A stretch of DNA of 64,000 nt from Marsupella aquatica (lineage: Eukaryota; Plantae; Marchantiophyta), in contig OZ316893.1 in NCBI GenBank assembly GCA_973895155.1, positions 27,290,210 to 27,354,209 on the forward strand. Reading direction: 5' to 3'. This document shows, one piece after another, positions 13,071 to 27,166 of this stretch. How positions within the stretch are numbered: the first letter of the stretch is position 1; the number at the start of each line of letters is the position of its first letter. The position numbers and the translations under genes are program-made. Below the pieces are notes generated by a model that was not told where the DNA came from, did no database searches, and was given only the letters and a program-made list of their open reading frames with translations.

Positions 13071-15514
13071 AGAAGTACAAGCTCCGTTTATCAGGCTGTA
13101 CCCGGAGGTCCATTTTGGACATGCGCTTCAAGACTCCCGACCTCCGCAGATTTTTGGATCAAGTTTCGATGCATCAGATATGAAATTCATGTGAGGCTAA
13201 TTGTAGTCGCTGGGGACACAAATACTATTAGTATCCATCTAATTAATTATAGCACTCGAGAAGGCTAGCTATGGTGTTTGCCATTGAAACCTTGATTCAT
13301 TCAGGGCTATACCGGCCAAAACCATGGAGGTCCATGGACGTTTATTAGTTTCCGAACCATGTGTCTACTCTTGCACAAAGTTCATGATTTGATAACTGGT
13401 CTATGAGGGTGCTTTCACCACCTGTTAGACATTGAAGTTATAATTACGGAGGGGCTCATTGGAGACTGCACGTATGTAGCTCAGATCTCTTAAAATAAAT
13501 AAATTTATTTGGCCGTCTTATCTGAATGCTGTCCTTTGAAATTAATTAATTAATCCTGTAAAAGTTTAATTTGCAACTTTCTGTGCACTTTAGAATTGAG
13601 TTGAATGATTAATTTGAAGGATGTAGTTGGTTGCTCTTCATTTGACTCTGGCTTACATGATAGAGCAGAAAACCTATTGTTTAGCAAAGTCTTACCATTG
13701 CCCTGTTCACACGATATTGTCTTCACGCCACATTGTGGGGTTAAACCACAGCTGCCCCCTCAAGTTCTAAGGGTTAACAGTAGGATCCAGTTTCACTAGT
13801 AAGAATGCTCCCTCAAGTGCTAAGGGTTTAACAGTACCTGGATCCAGTTTCACTAGTAAGAAAAAGGGAGAACTGTTGGACACTTCACTCTTATATATGG
13901 GCAATTATTGTGGTTTACCTACTGTAGTATGAAAACATTGGATGAATTAATAATAGGCCCTCCAACCATCGTAGGTTTCGTAAGAAAACATTGGATGAAT
14001 TAATAATAGGCCCTGCAACCATCGTAGGTTTTTACTCTCTCCCACGGACGGTTGCCATATCACGCAATCCTTATCAATATAGTATGTTTATCTTAATACA
14101 TGACTATTTTGACTTATCCAAAAAAATTGAAAAGTTCATGTGACGGGACATTTTAACCTGACTAATTTATGAAACACAAGTATTGAGAGAATGATTATAT
14201 ATAACAAAGTTAATGAACAAAATGCACACCTTTTGAAAAACTAGAGGAGTACAATACTTTATGGGTGACAGTACTTTATGGGTGCATTAATTTTTAATTT
14301 GAATGTACTAGTCAATGTAATAAATTATAGATACTGTACTTTGTGATTCAAAGAAAAGTGCCCTTAATTTTATTCTTTTTTTATTTTCTGCTTTATTTGG
14401 TGGGGTTCTCTATTTAATTAGTTGACACCTGTTGAACTATAAACCATGTAAACTTTATATCCAATGGACACGTAAGCTGTATCAATGAACATAATCCTAG
14501 TTGCTTGGTTGAAGTGTCAAACCTTCTCATGAAAGTAACACAAACACCCCTTAAAATGATAAATAAAATATAGGCATCCAAATAAAAACCAAGGAAGTGA
14601 AAAACATTTTTGGGGCTGACCAGAAATGACTAAATTGTAAATAGTACATGGCTAAAGTATAGATTAGATTAACCTAAAAATACATTGCAAGCAATTTGAA
14701 TGAGACAAGATAGCCAAATAGCTCAAAATGGACCCTGCAGCTTCTGGCTTGGCTATATTATTTATCCAAGCAAGAGTTGGGACTCAGATGCAAACTAATG
14801 TGGTAATGCTTTCATCCTCCATCAGATTAGTATAGAGACATGTAGGTGCGAGAATGGGGCACAATCACATGGTATATATGCACTATGAATTGTAAATCAG
14901 TCTCATGACTCGTCTCATGATCGGGTGCAAGAATCTCGGGGGCCTCAGTATACAGAGACCCCCATATCACGCTCGACGTTTTGGACCCTTGCACCCCTAA
15001 CTTATTAAGTAAATTTTTTTTCCCCTTCCCTATCATACTTATAAGAATTCCAAATCCTAACATTTTGACCCCTAAAAATAGTTAAGTAAAGTTTTGTTGT
15101 GAATTAAACACCCCTTAGTAAGAAAAGAAAAGTTCATTCAAGTGTGCACCTTATTCGGGTTTTCGCCAAGCTTATTTGAACCCTAACGTGGTCCTTTGGC
15201 ATCCATATCTCATGGAAAATTGATAGTATATAGTGTTGATGCTTCCACTAAGAATACCAATTCTAGTAGAAGCTTAATATACAGTATGAGTTATTCATAT
15301 TTGCAATCTGCTAGGCTTGGCTCATGTGAAAGGTAGGTACACCAAAAGGGAATTGAGTCAAGAATCTCAATGGTGAGTGTACGTGGCAGAGGGGAATTGA
15401 ACCCCTGATTGAGCAAGAAGCTCAAGTATCCAAATCTGCCACCCCCTAGCCTATTCCCCTAACCTGTCCCCTGTACATACTAAAACCGCTACCATGACTA
15501 TTGATACATGCAAA

Positions 15515-18500
15515 TCATTCAACTCTAGACATGGTCTCCAAATAAGTATCCAAAGCTTGTTTATCAACTCGATCTAACACATACACTAAACCAATCCCTT
15601 GTTTCATGGTTAGAGTAACATTAGTCATCACCATTTCTATATGAATCCATTGTAAATCAGTTGTATCATAAGTGAATTCAACTTTGCTTGAGCTTGTTGG
15701 CTTATACCAATTGAACAAGAACTGACAAATACTCCCTTCGTGTCCATGAGGAGGTGTTGGTCTGTCAAGCAAATCAATAGCAGATCTCACTCTAGTCCAT
15801 TGTCCCTTAACTTTTTGTCTCATCATCATAATCCGACCAAGCCAAAATTCTTTCTTTGCTTGCATTACTGGCTCTTGAATCCTAGATTTACCTCTTCCCT
15901 TACCTTTCCCCTTCTTTGATCTTGTAGAAGGGCCTGCATCATTAGCACTTTCAAAAGCTACTCCACAATCACTTCCAACATCAACAAAACAAGTCACAGT
16001 ATTTGGATCACATTTTTTTCTCTTACCAAGATTATAGTATGCCACTTGCTTCACCCTTGTCAGCCTATCTTTAGACAAATGTGGATTGCCTACTAGTTGA
16101 CTCACCAAAGTTGATTTGTAAATCGTTCTGCCCTCATAGGTAACTGTAGGCAAAACCTTCTTTTTTTCCTGCACAGGGCTTTGAATAGACTCTGTAAGCT
16201 CAGCCACAACAGAAGATAGAACATGACGAACCTCATGCCCCAAAGTATCTACCTCGACAGAATGAGGTTCTGGTATGTCTAACTCAGCTCCATCCTGCAA
16301 AACATCATCAGGATGGTTAGCTCATCTGTCAACCATGCATCAATTCGATTTAGATCTTCCTCGGGATCTTCAAATTCATGAAACTCTCCTTGTGGACGAG
16401 GTCCAATTGGAAATCTGTGCTCTACATGCTCTTCAGAATCATCAGCCTCTTCTATTATAGCTGAATCTGGCCATGTTTCAACTTCCACATCCCAAGGGTG
16501 AGTCCACCATCGCTTTCTTGCTGCTGGAAGATCACTTCGAGGAGACATTTGTAACCTTCTAAGCAACTCTTTTGCTTCTTCAAATCCTTCTTTCAACGCT
16601 GCAACAACCAACTCATTAGTTTGCACTTCAGAGTAATCAAAAAGATTAGGTGCTTCTTCACCTTCAAGTAAAGGATGAAGCTTGGCCCACACATGATGTT
16701 GCTTCTTATGTGAGCGAGCTACTTTTAAGCCCTCTGGTCCACATTCTAATCCAGCAAGACAATTCAACCCAACAGCACTATCCAACAAAGAGCCAAAATC
16801 ATAATTCCTCTCATGGCCACTCATTCCACCTACCTTGCTGAAAAAGATTTCACAACAATCAGAACCCAATTCATGAAATGGAATACACAAGTGAGAAAAC
16901 TTATCACGAAATGCACATACAAGCAACACAACAAATTGACAAGACATATTAACATCATGAAAAGCTTGGATTGAAATCATATTTTTCTCTGTATATGAAG
17001 CAACATTTCCACCAACAGCATGATCACCGTACCTCAACCACAACCTCCACAATCGAAAGAACCAAGATACTTTGCCTGCCAGCTTCACTCTGGTTCTCAG
17101 GTCATATCTTTGGGAGTAGAAAATGTCAATGTAATCTGCACAGACCTGCAGATACAACTCTGTCCCCAAACTTCGCTCATACAACAGATCAGTTCTTACA
17201 TGCAGTTTTGCTAAACAATCACGCACCTTTTTGGATGCTATTCTTTGGGGACCAGCCCAATTTTGACGATCAGATCTGTTCACATCATCCCAGTTCAATC
17301 CATGTTGATGAATTGCATAGCGATTGTACACATTACAAACATGAAACAAAGAAGCTTGTTGGTCTCCAAGTGCCATTATTGAGGACACTCGATCTAGTGG
17401 GTTAATCAACTTTTTCCCATTGTGAGGCTGGTCTTGATCACCAAAACCGTATAGGTCCCCATTAGGTAATATGGCAACTGAATATGGCCATCCTTCCCAC
17501 CCTACACAGAATCTAGGGTAAGAGCCATTTGCTCCTCTGTAGTCTTCTAGCATCAATTTTCTACGTCTTGCATCACCATCACTAGCATGCCCAAGCAAAG
17601 GACCTACAGAGTCTCTGCAGTGCACATCCCAAGATTGTTTTAATTGCACTCAATGCTCTCGAACCCATTCTGCCTTGAACTTGTTACAGGTAGATATAGC
17701 ACAGAGGGCCAACTTTGGCATTCCTCAAATGTATTTACAATCTTATTATAACCATCCTCACCGTCACCTACAAGAATCTCCAATCCAAATTCACAGGTAT
17801 GCTCATCCTTATGGCCACAGAAACCAATCAGAGTGTCATACTTGGCCTCCCACCTGCATAGAGCCCAATGAAAAGTAAATCAGATATAAAGAATTAGTAA
17901 AATTATGTCATGTATCACAAATAAGCTTTAAATGCTATGATATGCAAACATACCTTGGGCTTTCCTTTATCCTAGTTTCATCCTCTGCAAGCATGACAGG
18001 TACATCGCCTTGAATTCCTAGCATCTCTTTTGCAGCAGATCCGAGCCACCTCCTTGAATGTTTCTGGTCTAATTCCAGCACGAAATTGCACAAATTTTGC
18101 TCTATCTCTTTTCAATGTCTTCAGGCTTGGCCCAGCTAAATTTCTTGCAAAAACATGGGCCACCTGCCGGCCCCCATATTGAAACATAGCCTGAGCTATG
18201 GCTTTTGTTTTTTGACTGTAACGAAACCCCCTTGCACTTCTCTCCAAATTTCTACTTACATCCTTCAAAAAATCCCAAAGACCTTCTTTTCCACCAAATG
18301 CACCATTCCTATGACCATTGACAATATTTTTTAGAAAAAGTCTTAAATCTTTTCTGTCTGCAGCTACTCCTAACAATTCCTGCAATTTTCTCTTCCTAGT
18401 ACTAAGGGCACACACTTTCTGAGTCTGTTGTGCCAACAACCATCTCTCCTTTCTTCTCTTGACATTCAGACCATGCATCTGTGTGGTCAACTCTGGACGC

Positions 18501-20053
18501 GTCAAATAATGTGCATTCAAACCACCCTCTGTGCTTCTTCCCTCTCTTTGCTAAACCCTCCGCTTCCCTGTGCACCCGCCCACGAAAGTCATCTTCTAGT
18601 GTTATAGCATGACATCTACTGCAAGTTAGGTTCAGAAACCCTCCACCATACAAGGACAACCTACAGCAATGTTTATGCCTAAATAGTCCTTCTATATGTA
18701 CAATAGTGGTGACAGGATTGTAGACATCAACAGAGGCTGCAACATCTAAATCCCATACATGTCCTCCACGTTGATCATGCAAGATACCTTTCACAGCATA
18801 TTTCACATTCTTCCACTCTACAAATTCATCCCATATTCCCCAACAGAGCAAACTTAAGCCCACATCAATGTCTATAGACCCACCTGTGCCAGAGCTACTG
18901 CTTGCATTGGAAGCATCCTCCTTGAAGAATTTAAAAATTGAATTCTATGAAGGATGTTGATCCCTCTCATCTGGCTTCCTTGGTCTGCCCCTCTTTCCAG
19001 ATCTCAATGCAAGTTCAGTAGTATTCTCTCTGGCTTCAACTACATCTAGATGACCCTGACTGACCAAGTGTGTCCTCAGGTTGTGGTCCAAAGTCCCTTT
19101 CTTACAAACCAAATCCATGATTGCCCCACAAATTTTACAACGAACCTTATAAAGGAACCACTTGTTTGCATTATTGGCTACACCAGGCACATGGGGCACA
19201 TGAAATAGCTCATCATCACCTCCACACTCAACATTCAGAGTCTGGACTATCTCTAGGCCAGTTGCTATGGCCCCCTCATAATCAAACTCAGGCTTCTGTG
19301 CAAGATCTGAGGGCTTGACCCCAGTCATAGCAATGCCCCTTCTCCTGCAGTAATTGTCTTTGTGTTTAGCAAAGGCAAGGTGCTTGGTCTTAAAATTGCT
19401 GAACAAATTAGCAATTGACTTCTTATCTTGTGAATTGTCTGCCCTCCCATAGATCACTCTGCACTCAAGACACTCCAGATGGCCTCTCACATCCTGTCCT
19501 TCATCCCAAGTTCGAATTCTCCAATTATGGCTTTATAACCATTCTTGTGAATCCACTTCTCTAGTCTTATATATTCATCATTCCAGACTTTGACAACCGA
19601 TTGAGACATGAGAAGAGACTCAAAAGAAGCTCTCATATGGGGAGCTTCTTGAAGCTGTTCACCCTGTGAAGAGTCCACTACAGCCGATTGGGTGACAGTA
19701 GGAGATACTGATGGAAACTGTGTTCTACCAGTCGGCAAGGATCCTATTTGTTCAATGACAGCAACTTTCCCATCCAATTCAGACAACTCAGTCATTTTTT
19801 CACTCTTGACTTTCATGCGACCAGGAAGCCTATAATCCCAGAAATCAAAATCAAAATCAACCAAATCAGGAATTCGACTTCGAAAATCAGCTAAAGTTTG
19901 TCCCTCTTTGAAGGCCAACACAGCTATAGGTTCTTCATCTTTCCCATCAGTCACCACATCTCTTTTCTTGTGCAATAGTTTTACAAACTGGGTAGCCATT
20001 TCAATCAATTTGTTAAAGTTAAAGTATGAAGGGTTCTGAAAACAATCAGTCAC
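15515..20053 (-). pseudogene. P-element/THAP9-like DDE transposase, broken by several frameshifts and stops; two N-terminal C2H2-like Zn fingers
   Basis: Motifs occur in P-transposase order: VMLAEDETRIK (~17990-17965), LLGHASDGDARRRK, DQDQPHNGKKL (DxxH), GSDCCEIFFSKVGG (E). Zn-finger-like segments CLEC...HLAFAKH and CKIC...HLVSQGH. There is an intron near 17856-17953. Confidence 0.8.
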
Positions 20054-20264
20054 ACAATGAACCTGCCATACAACACAATAAACAAAACGATATGAAGCAT
20101 ATTAGACATTACTCCACAATAGTCACAAAAAGCTTTTGATCAAAAAAGTTGAAGTCCAACACAAACAAAATCTTGTTGATCATAGTTCACATGTAATTAG
20201 TCTAGTGAATAAGTTTGCTTTGTACCAACCCTCTACCAAAGCATTTCTACCAATTTCAGAAACT

Positions 20265-20978
20265 CTAAGAGGTATGTGGCTGTGCAGGAACCAATTCCCC
20301 ATCAGGTATTGCATGCCTATGACAATAAATGAAACGCCACCCTTCCACATCCCAGTGGTCCCTGCCCTTCACACACCTCCTGAGGTGTTTCACTCCCCCA
20401 AGTTTCTCATCATGACACCAACTTCGAGGGCACCTGCGACACTGTACAAAGTCTTTAATACCATCCTTGTAGACTTTATAGTACTCACAGAAATGCCTTG
20501 GGCACATTAGGCTGTTTGGTTTTGTTGTATGAAACCTCTTAGGCAGTGCCCCAACCATAAGTAGCACCCTAAGGCAACCAGGGTGGTAATGAGAAAAACA
20601 ATCAGGGTGGGCACAATGGAGCACAAGAGATTCTTCTACTGTGGGATGTTCAAATCTGCCAATGAGGCCACAAGCAAAGCATCTAGCTCTACCAGCAGCA
20701 CAGAGTGTACAAACCCAAGGTGCCCTCCAGTCATTGTTTTTAGGCAATGTGATAGGAGTGCAATTAGGCCCATGCATACCTTTTCCACCGACAAAGTGAA
20801 AATGTCTACTACAAGGCCCATCACAGAAAACCACATCGTCTGTCTCATCACAAAAGAAACAGCAAGGGGGGTCCATGCGGTGGTGCTCCTTATGGGAAAA
20901 TATGTCAATCCTGGGCACATCAGAAGCCATCTCTGCTTCTTGGATAGTGGTTTTACCTCTGCACACAGGCCCATCCAT
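20265..20978 (-). CDS. Tandem atypical PHD-finger cassette (EDM2/NSD-like); probably the last exon of a TE-borne gene
   Basis: CFFCD...FCDGPCSRHFH...CTLC...CFACG...CAHPDCFSHYHPGCL...CPRHFC...CRRCPRSW...RFIYCHRHAI follows the Cys/His pattern I recall for EDM2 PHD fingers. Upstream exons were not resolved. Confidence 0.75.
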   Translation of the reverse strand: MDGPVCRGKTTIQEAEMASDVPRIDIFSHKEHHRMDPPCCFFCDETDDVVFCDGPCSRHFHFVGGKGMHGPNCTPITLPKNNDWRAPWVCTLCAAGRARCFACGLIGRFEHPTVEESLVLHCAHPDCFSHYHPGCLRVLLMVGALPKRFHTTKPNSLMCPRHFCEYYKVYKDGIKDFVQCRRCPRSWCHDEKLGGVKHLRRCVKGRDHWDVEGWRFIYCHRHAIPDGELVPAQPHTS

Positions 20979-22581
20979 TCACGCAACATTCGTTCTGCAA
21001 CCCCTCAACATCCATTCAACATATATTGAACAGTAGATTGATATTATGTAACTTGCAACTACAAGCATCCTAGATAGAATCATACCTTTAATCAATCTCT
21101 TGTTTGATTGTAGCTGCAGCAAATGGTGATATTTGAAGCCTGCTCCTTCCACAATCTTTACATGTGAACCCTGGTATATTGCTGAAGCTTCTCAGATGAT
21201 TCCACTACATCCTAAGCCAATCCATCCTGCAAGACAAGTCAAGAGCATATGAAAAGGCTGACTGAAATTCAACTTTAAATTTCAATTCAAGTTCAGCTAG
21301 AGCCAGGGTCAGGGCATACCAAACTGCATAATACTGGTTCCAAGTTATAGATGTTGAAGAGAACCTTTGGTTGGACAACCTACACAACACAAAGCCAAAT
21401 GAATGTCACACAAGCTGGCAGAGGAGAAACAACAGTGCCTCTAGGGATTCTGTTGTACCAAGGGCGAATCTGCTATTCCCCTACTTGGATCAAAACTCTT
21501 GCTACACCTTGATCACAGCCACAATCACCTCAGTCACAACTCGAACCAATGCCCACCTTGTATAAACGAATGCCTTCCATTGCCTTGGAGGAACAGCCAC
21601 ACATTGCATTCACCAAGAGCTAATAGTTTATCTAAGTCTCCTAGACAAAGCAAAGGGAACTCAAGAGCAACAAAGAGAGGGAAATGATTGACAGGACATT
21701 CTATTGAGCAAGAAAATCAAATCACTCAGAATGAATCAAAGGAAGCAATTCAAAACTAGTAGGACAGTGAGGAAACTCCACCACAAGCACTTGCAGATCG
21801 AATGAAACGGCACTTGCAGATCGAATCACTACTACATATTGGCCCCTTTTGCGAAGCTTTTTTTTAACGCCGGGATGGTCTTGCGATGTCATCGACTTCA
21901 GATATTTTGTGATCAAACACGCATCACAATAAACCATGCTCACAGGTTCGCAACATGGTGTTGCGAAGCTAAATACCTCGCAATTTGTTTGAGATCGGAT
22001 TGAATTCGCAACTCTTTCAGATACTATTCGTCTCGCAAAGTATTTGTGGATCCGCGACCATCGCGACTGCATTTGGATCTCTTTTGTTTCATAATTTAGC
22101 GATAATAATGTACTCAAATATATATTGTGAACCTATTAGCTTCGCACAATATTGTGAAGCATAAATAGTCGCAAGTTATCGAATCCAGTTGATTCGCAAA
22201 GTTGAGAACACATTGGCATCACAATTACCGATGGTGTGTTATTCACAAAGTGTTCAGAAGTTGCTTCTTGACAAGCTTGAAAATGTTTTGCAAAGAGAGT
22301 TGTTTGAAAATTTTGTAGAATGGAAATGTTTGAGAGAGTTTCTTTACAAGATGGAGAATGCATGTGTTTAGGTTACAACTAGGGTTTTCAAAAAGGTGGC
22401 ATGCATGAGGATAGCTTTGGAAACGGCTAAGGTTGCATATATAACAGTGAGATGAAATTTCAAAGTCCAATTAAGTGTTTGTAAAACAAAAGAAGAAAAG
22501 TAATATGTTAATATAAATAAAACCATGATAGTTAGTTTAGGGTCAAATTCTGGGCCCACAACAAGTTTTACTGCTAGTGCA

Positions 22582-25500
22582 TCAAACCTGGTCCTCATCC
22601 TCGCCTCCATTTGACACAATAATAACGTCAGGTTTTTCCGAGATAATGGAACGGGACCGTGGCACATACGGTATAACAACTGACCACTCTAGGTCGATCT
22701 GGTGGGTACGGAATATAGAAACACTGCTCAAGGTGACTTGGGAATGTAAATGGTTCAGATGTTTGCCAATGAGATGGTTGAAAGCTAGTTGTTGATGTCT
22801 TCAGTCGAGTAAACCCACACTCATCAAGAAGTACCGTGCGATTATCACCAACCAGGTGAATTTTGAACCACTTACACTTGAAGACATACTCTTCAAATTT
22901 GGAATCGGCATCATAGGATATGATCAAGATCTCCTCAATCTTCCCATAGTGAGGCACCACATCTCTAATCACATTAGTGTCATGACGGCTACTTTGTGAA
23001 TCTTGCATGAACTGCCCTTGAACTCCACAATCAAAAGTTCTTCCCCTCTTCTCATCAAGGTCAGAAATCCTGAAATGCCTCCCTTGTGTCCACATTGCTG
23101 TTCTGGTTTGAACAAGTCTTAAAGGACCATGAACAATTGTTCGAACCTCAGGAGTCATATCTGGAAAATGTGATACATTCTCACCTTGGGCCACCATAGC
23201 ATCCAACTGAAGTACTTTCTCCTTCATATACTCAAGGAACTTTGGAAAGATCCTTGGGCGACGACTCTCCCTCTTTGCATCCTCATAAAACTCTCTCCAA
23301 TCTTCCATCACATTGCTGTTACTCAACATGAAAGTACTAACCTGTGTCAACTCCACTGCGGTTAGTAAGCGTGTTTTTTTTGCACCTGTTAAACGGTCCT
23401 CCTCCACTTCCCTCTCTTCCATCCAAGTGCGTGGAAAACTAGGATCAATGGTAGCTAAGATGTTACTACAATAAAACATACTCTCAGCTGCCAAGTATCC
23501 AGTTGCCATGCTCCCCTCCGCTCGTGCACAGTTCCGTACATAAGCCTTTAACACGGCCATATACCTTTCCAGCCAATACATCCACCTACAATGCACCGGA
23601 CCGGCAATGGCAACCTCCCTCACAAGATGAACGAGAAGATGCACCTGACAATCAAAGAAGGAAGGAGGGAGGGCCTTCTCCAACTTGCATACCACCTCTG
23701 CTGCCAATACCTCCATCCGTGGTATCTCTTCTTCATATATTTCCTTTGAGCATATCCATCTCAACAAAGTGCCCAGTGACCAAAGGGCGTCTTGCACTTC
23801 TTCACTCCCCAAACCTATGATTGCCACAGGAAGTATATGTTGTAGTAAACGATGATAGTCATGTGTCTTGAGATACATTGGCCATTTATGACTGTCCTCC
23901 ATCCCAAAAGCCTTACGTAGATTGGCACCATAGCCTGTAGGAAACCGCATCTGCCCTATGTGTTGTCGAAACTCTCTTCTTTCACCAACACTCAAAACCC
24001 ATGGAGCTGAAGGACGATGTTCCATCCCTGTGGATTCATCAACTGTTATCCATACATCTGGATGTCGTTCTAGATCCTGGCATGCCTCCCTAAAATTAAT
24101 GTTCTTTTCCCCATAAAAGTGCTTGATCAAAGCCTTCCCAACATTTCCCTCTATATGCATGGGGTCTAACAAGTGATGAATCTTCAACTCAGGCCAATAG
24201 GGCAAAGTGGCCAGTATACCCCACCTTGTCAATCCACTACCATCAAATCCCATGGCATCTTCAGGGTCTGCCACCCTATCAGCTATGGACTTCCAATACG
24301 AAAATGTTGTGCGGTCAGGTATCTCACGCTCATCACCATTGATCATGTCAAAGTCTGAAAACAAAAGGGGGTCAGACCTCATGTGATGCCCAAGTGGAAG
24401 AAACTTGGTATGACCAAGGTAGATTATCTTGTGCAGCCATTTTGAGTACTTGGCCATATCGTGAAGGCTTGGACCACAAGTGGAGCATGCCTTGTACCCT
24501 TGAGTTTGGAACCCAAAAACAAACCCAAACCCTGCTCACAAAATAACATTCTCAATTAGAGTCAAAGGAATTGAAAAGTTCATGTACATAGAATTAAAGA
24601 GGGACTTCCTTCCAAACAAACTTGATCTCCAATACATGAAAAAAATACAAATCCATACCACTCACCTGGATAGTCATGCATGGTCCACATAATGATTCCC
24701 TTCAATTGGAAGACACGTGGTAACCCTCCTGTAGTTGTCCGACCATCATATGCCCATACACCCCCCCATAATTTATGGAGTTCCCCAACCAAGAGCGCCA
24801 AGTAGGTGTCCATGTTTTTTACCTTAGATGGACCTGGGATAATCAATGATAGCAATAAGAATCCCTTTTTCATGGACAACCATGGGGGAAGGTTGTAATT
24901 CATAACAACCACCGGCCAAACCGAAGTAGGGCGCCCTTTCCCTCCAAGGGAGTGTGGGCTTACCCCATCTGATGCCAACCCCAACCTCACATGACGAGGG
25001 TCACGTGCAAATTCTGGCCATTGTGACTCCACATGCTTGTGAGCAGGGGAATCAACTGGCAACTGCATGACACCGGCCTCTGATCAATGTGTCTTATGCC
25101 ATACCATCAATTCTGCCAAGTCAGAACATCGGTACATGTGCAACAATCGAGGAATAATAGGAAACCAACGAACAACTTTTCTAGGCACCTTTGAGGTCAA
25201 CATGTTGGTTTCATATCGAGGCTCTTGACAAATTGGACACTCAGTTGCGCTGGCATTGGTCTCATGATAGAGAATGCAGTCATTCACACAAGCATGAATG
25301 ATATGGTATTCCATGCCAATGGATGATAGAACCCTCTTTGCCTCCTTCCAAGTTCCTGGCAACACATTTTCACTAGGTAACAAGAGATCATGGCAAATTG
25401 CAAACAAATCCGATAGTAGCGCATTGCTTGCCTTGTGTTTTGCCTGAAGATTCATCAATGCCAAGATGGCAGATAGTCTATTCAAACGAGCACCCCCATA

Positions 25501-27166
25501 AATAGGTGTTCTAGCATGTGCCTCAGCTTCTTCCCATTGTTTTTGTCCTTCAGGTGTACGTTGAGGCCTTGGATCATGTGCAACATTTGGTGGAGGGTCT
25601 CCTTCATTGGGTGGGACACCTCCTTCACCACCAATGTCTACACCAAACCAATCTGTCATGAAGTCATCCATGGCTGACTCTTGGTCTTGCATGACCTCAT
25701 AATCTGTCCGAGGTGCCCCTTCATCTGGACTGTCATTATCATTGTCACTTGATGAGGAATCTGCTGATGATGTTTCCCCGTCTTGTGGCAAGCCCATTTC
25801 TTGATATGTAGCTCTCAACCTCCTTGGCAACATATCTTGACTAGGCCGCACATTCTATAGAAAATACAATAAAGTATTCACAATGAAATTAACGCCAAAT
25901 ATAGTAGTGCTCGAAACATATTATTAACAATATAAAAAGAACATGTCATTACAAAACATACGTTCACATACGATGAACGTATAATACATGTCCCTAAAGT
26001 AATCCTAATCCCATTCATAATGTGTAAACAACTCCTCTCCAACCAGAATGGTCCTATTAGCTACAACTAGACAATGGTCATGATGATATCTCTGCCCATA
26101 AGGGGCTGGAGGGGGACCATCAACAAAAACCCATTCACAGTTTTTCCTACGCTTAGGCCGGGTCCCCACAGTACTGTTGATGAAACCGGCAATATTCCCA
26201 CTACGGATGGGATCACCATCAATTATACGCTGGTCACAATACTTTCTGGTGCAACCATCAAAAGTATCCATGTCCAATGCATAAGTCTTCCACTCAGGGT
26301 GTTGAACAAGGATCATGTTCCAATGTCTCCTCTTGTAAATGGGTCCACCATACGGGAACAACGTTGGTCCATCTGAAGAGCGCCCTTTTCCACCCATATC
26401 ATCCACAATAATGTCCTGACAAGAGAAAATCCCATACCCATGCCTCTCCCCTAGGGTCGAACTCTTGACAACCCAACGTCTTCCCCAAACTTCTATCTCC
26501 TCACCATAGGTTATATCACATGGCAAACCAAGGCACTCCGGATTCCAATCCTTTATGATAGGAACACACTTCCCTGTGAAGGTACAAGGGCCCCATCTAC
26601 CATCAACCCTACAAGTGTACTGATCCACTTCCCCTCTAGGCTGTCTTTTTGACTTTTTTTTCCCTCTTGTAACAATACCGTCACCCTTAATTGTCCCAAC
26701 ACTACCTTGCCCTGCTGCCACTAAACGAAAAGCTTGTGAAAGTGCCGAGCCTATAGCATCTAGAACTCCTTGTGAGGGAACATAGGGTGTTGGTGTAGTG
26801 GGTGTAGGCCTACTGGATACCTATAGGAAGAAATGGAACCAAGTGAGTGTGATGAACCTCCCAAATTTTATTTTATGCTACCTAGCAAGATTTACAAAAT
26901 AAAATGGAAATCACAGTAAGTTTACAACTCACCATACGGGATGAAGAAGCTCCCGGTGTAAGACCTCGATGTTGGCCATATCGAGCAATGTGTTCCGCAC
27001 ATACATATGACTTTTGGACAACCATCCCCACACATTTTTTACAACCACAAAGTTGGCGTGGTGGACCACTAGGTCGACGTACGGTTGGTTCAGGTTGAGG
27101 AGGAGGATGACTTTCTTCATCGGAAGAGGAATCTGATGTGGTGGAAGTTGTAGAGGATGAAGACAT
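22582..27166 (-). pseudogene. CACTA TnpD transposase; exons 27166-26933, 25854-24666, 24531-22582
   Basis: Contains the transposase-associated Cys motif (CGCKKC), HACVNDCILY, RHVRLGLASDG...WPVVVMNYNLPPW, MHDYPG, DPMHIEGN and WMYWLERYM. In-frame premature TGA at 25084-25086 and a frameshift near 22697. Confidence 0.9.
26005..27166 (-). CDS. Transposon-encoded SET-domain protein (alternative terminal exon); exons 27166-26933 + 26820-26005, ~349 aa, open
   Basis: SET motifs GYGIFSCQDI, YGGPIY, GNIAGFINST and ANRTILVGEELFTHY. The phase-0 donor (ATG|GTGAG) and acceptor (TTCTTCCTATAG|GTA) join in frame. Confidence 0.8.

Noticed and set aside
13770-13870. CACTAGTAAG copies as the missing left end of CACTA-2
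   Set aside because: They are part of a local tandem duplication, are preceded by TTT rather than AAA, diverge from CACTAGTACATTTT, and have no CCGAT motifs nearby.
14933-14942. Apparent 10-bp TSD ATCTCGGGGG / ACCCCGGGGG (33980-33989)
   Set aside because: The MITE at 60018 shows that these bases belong to the near-palindromic TIR itself.
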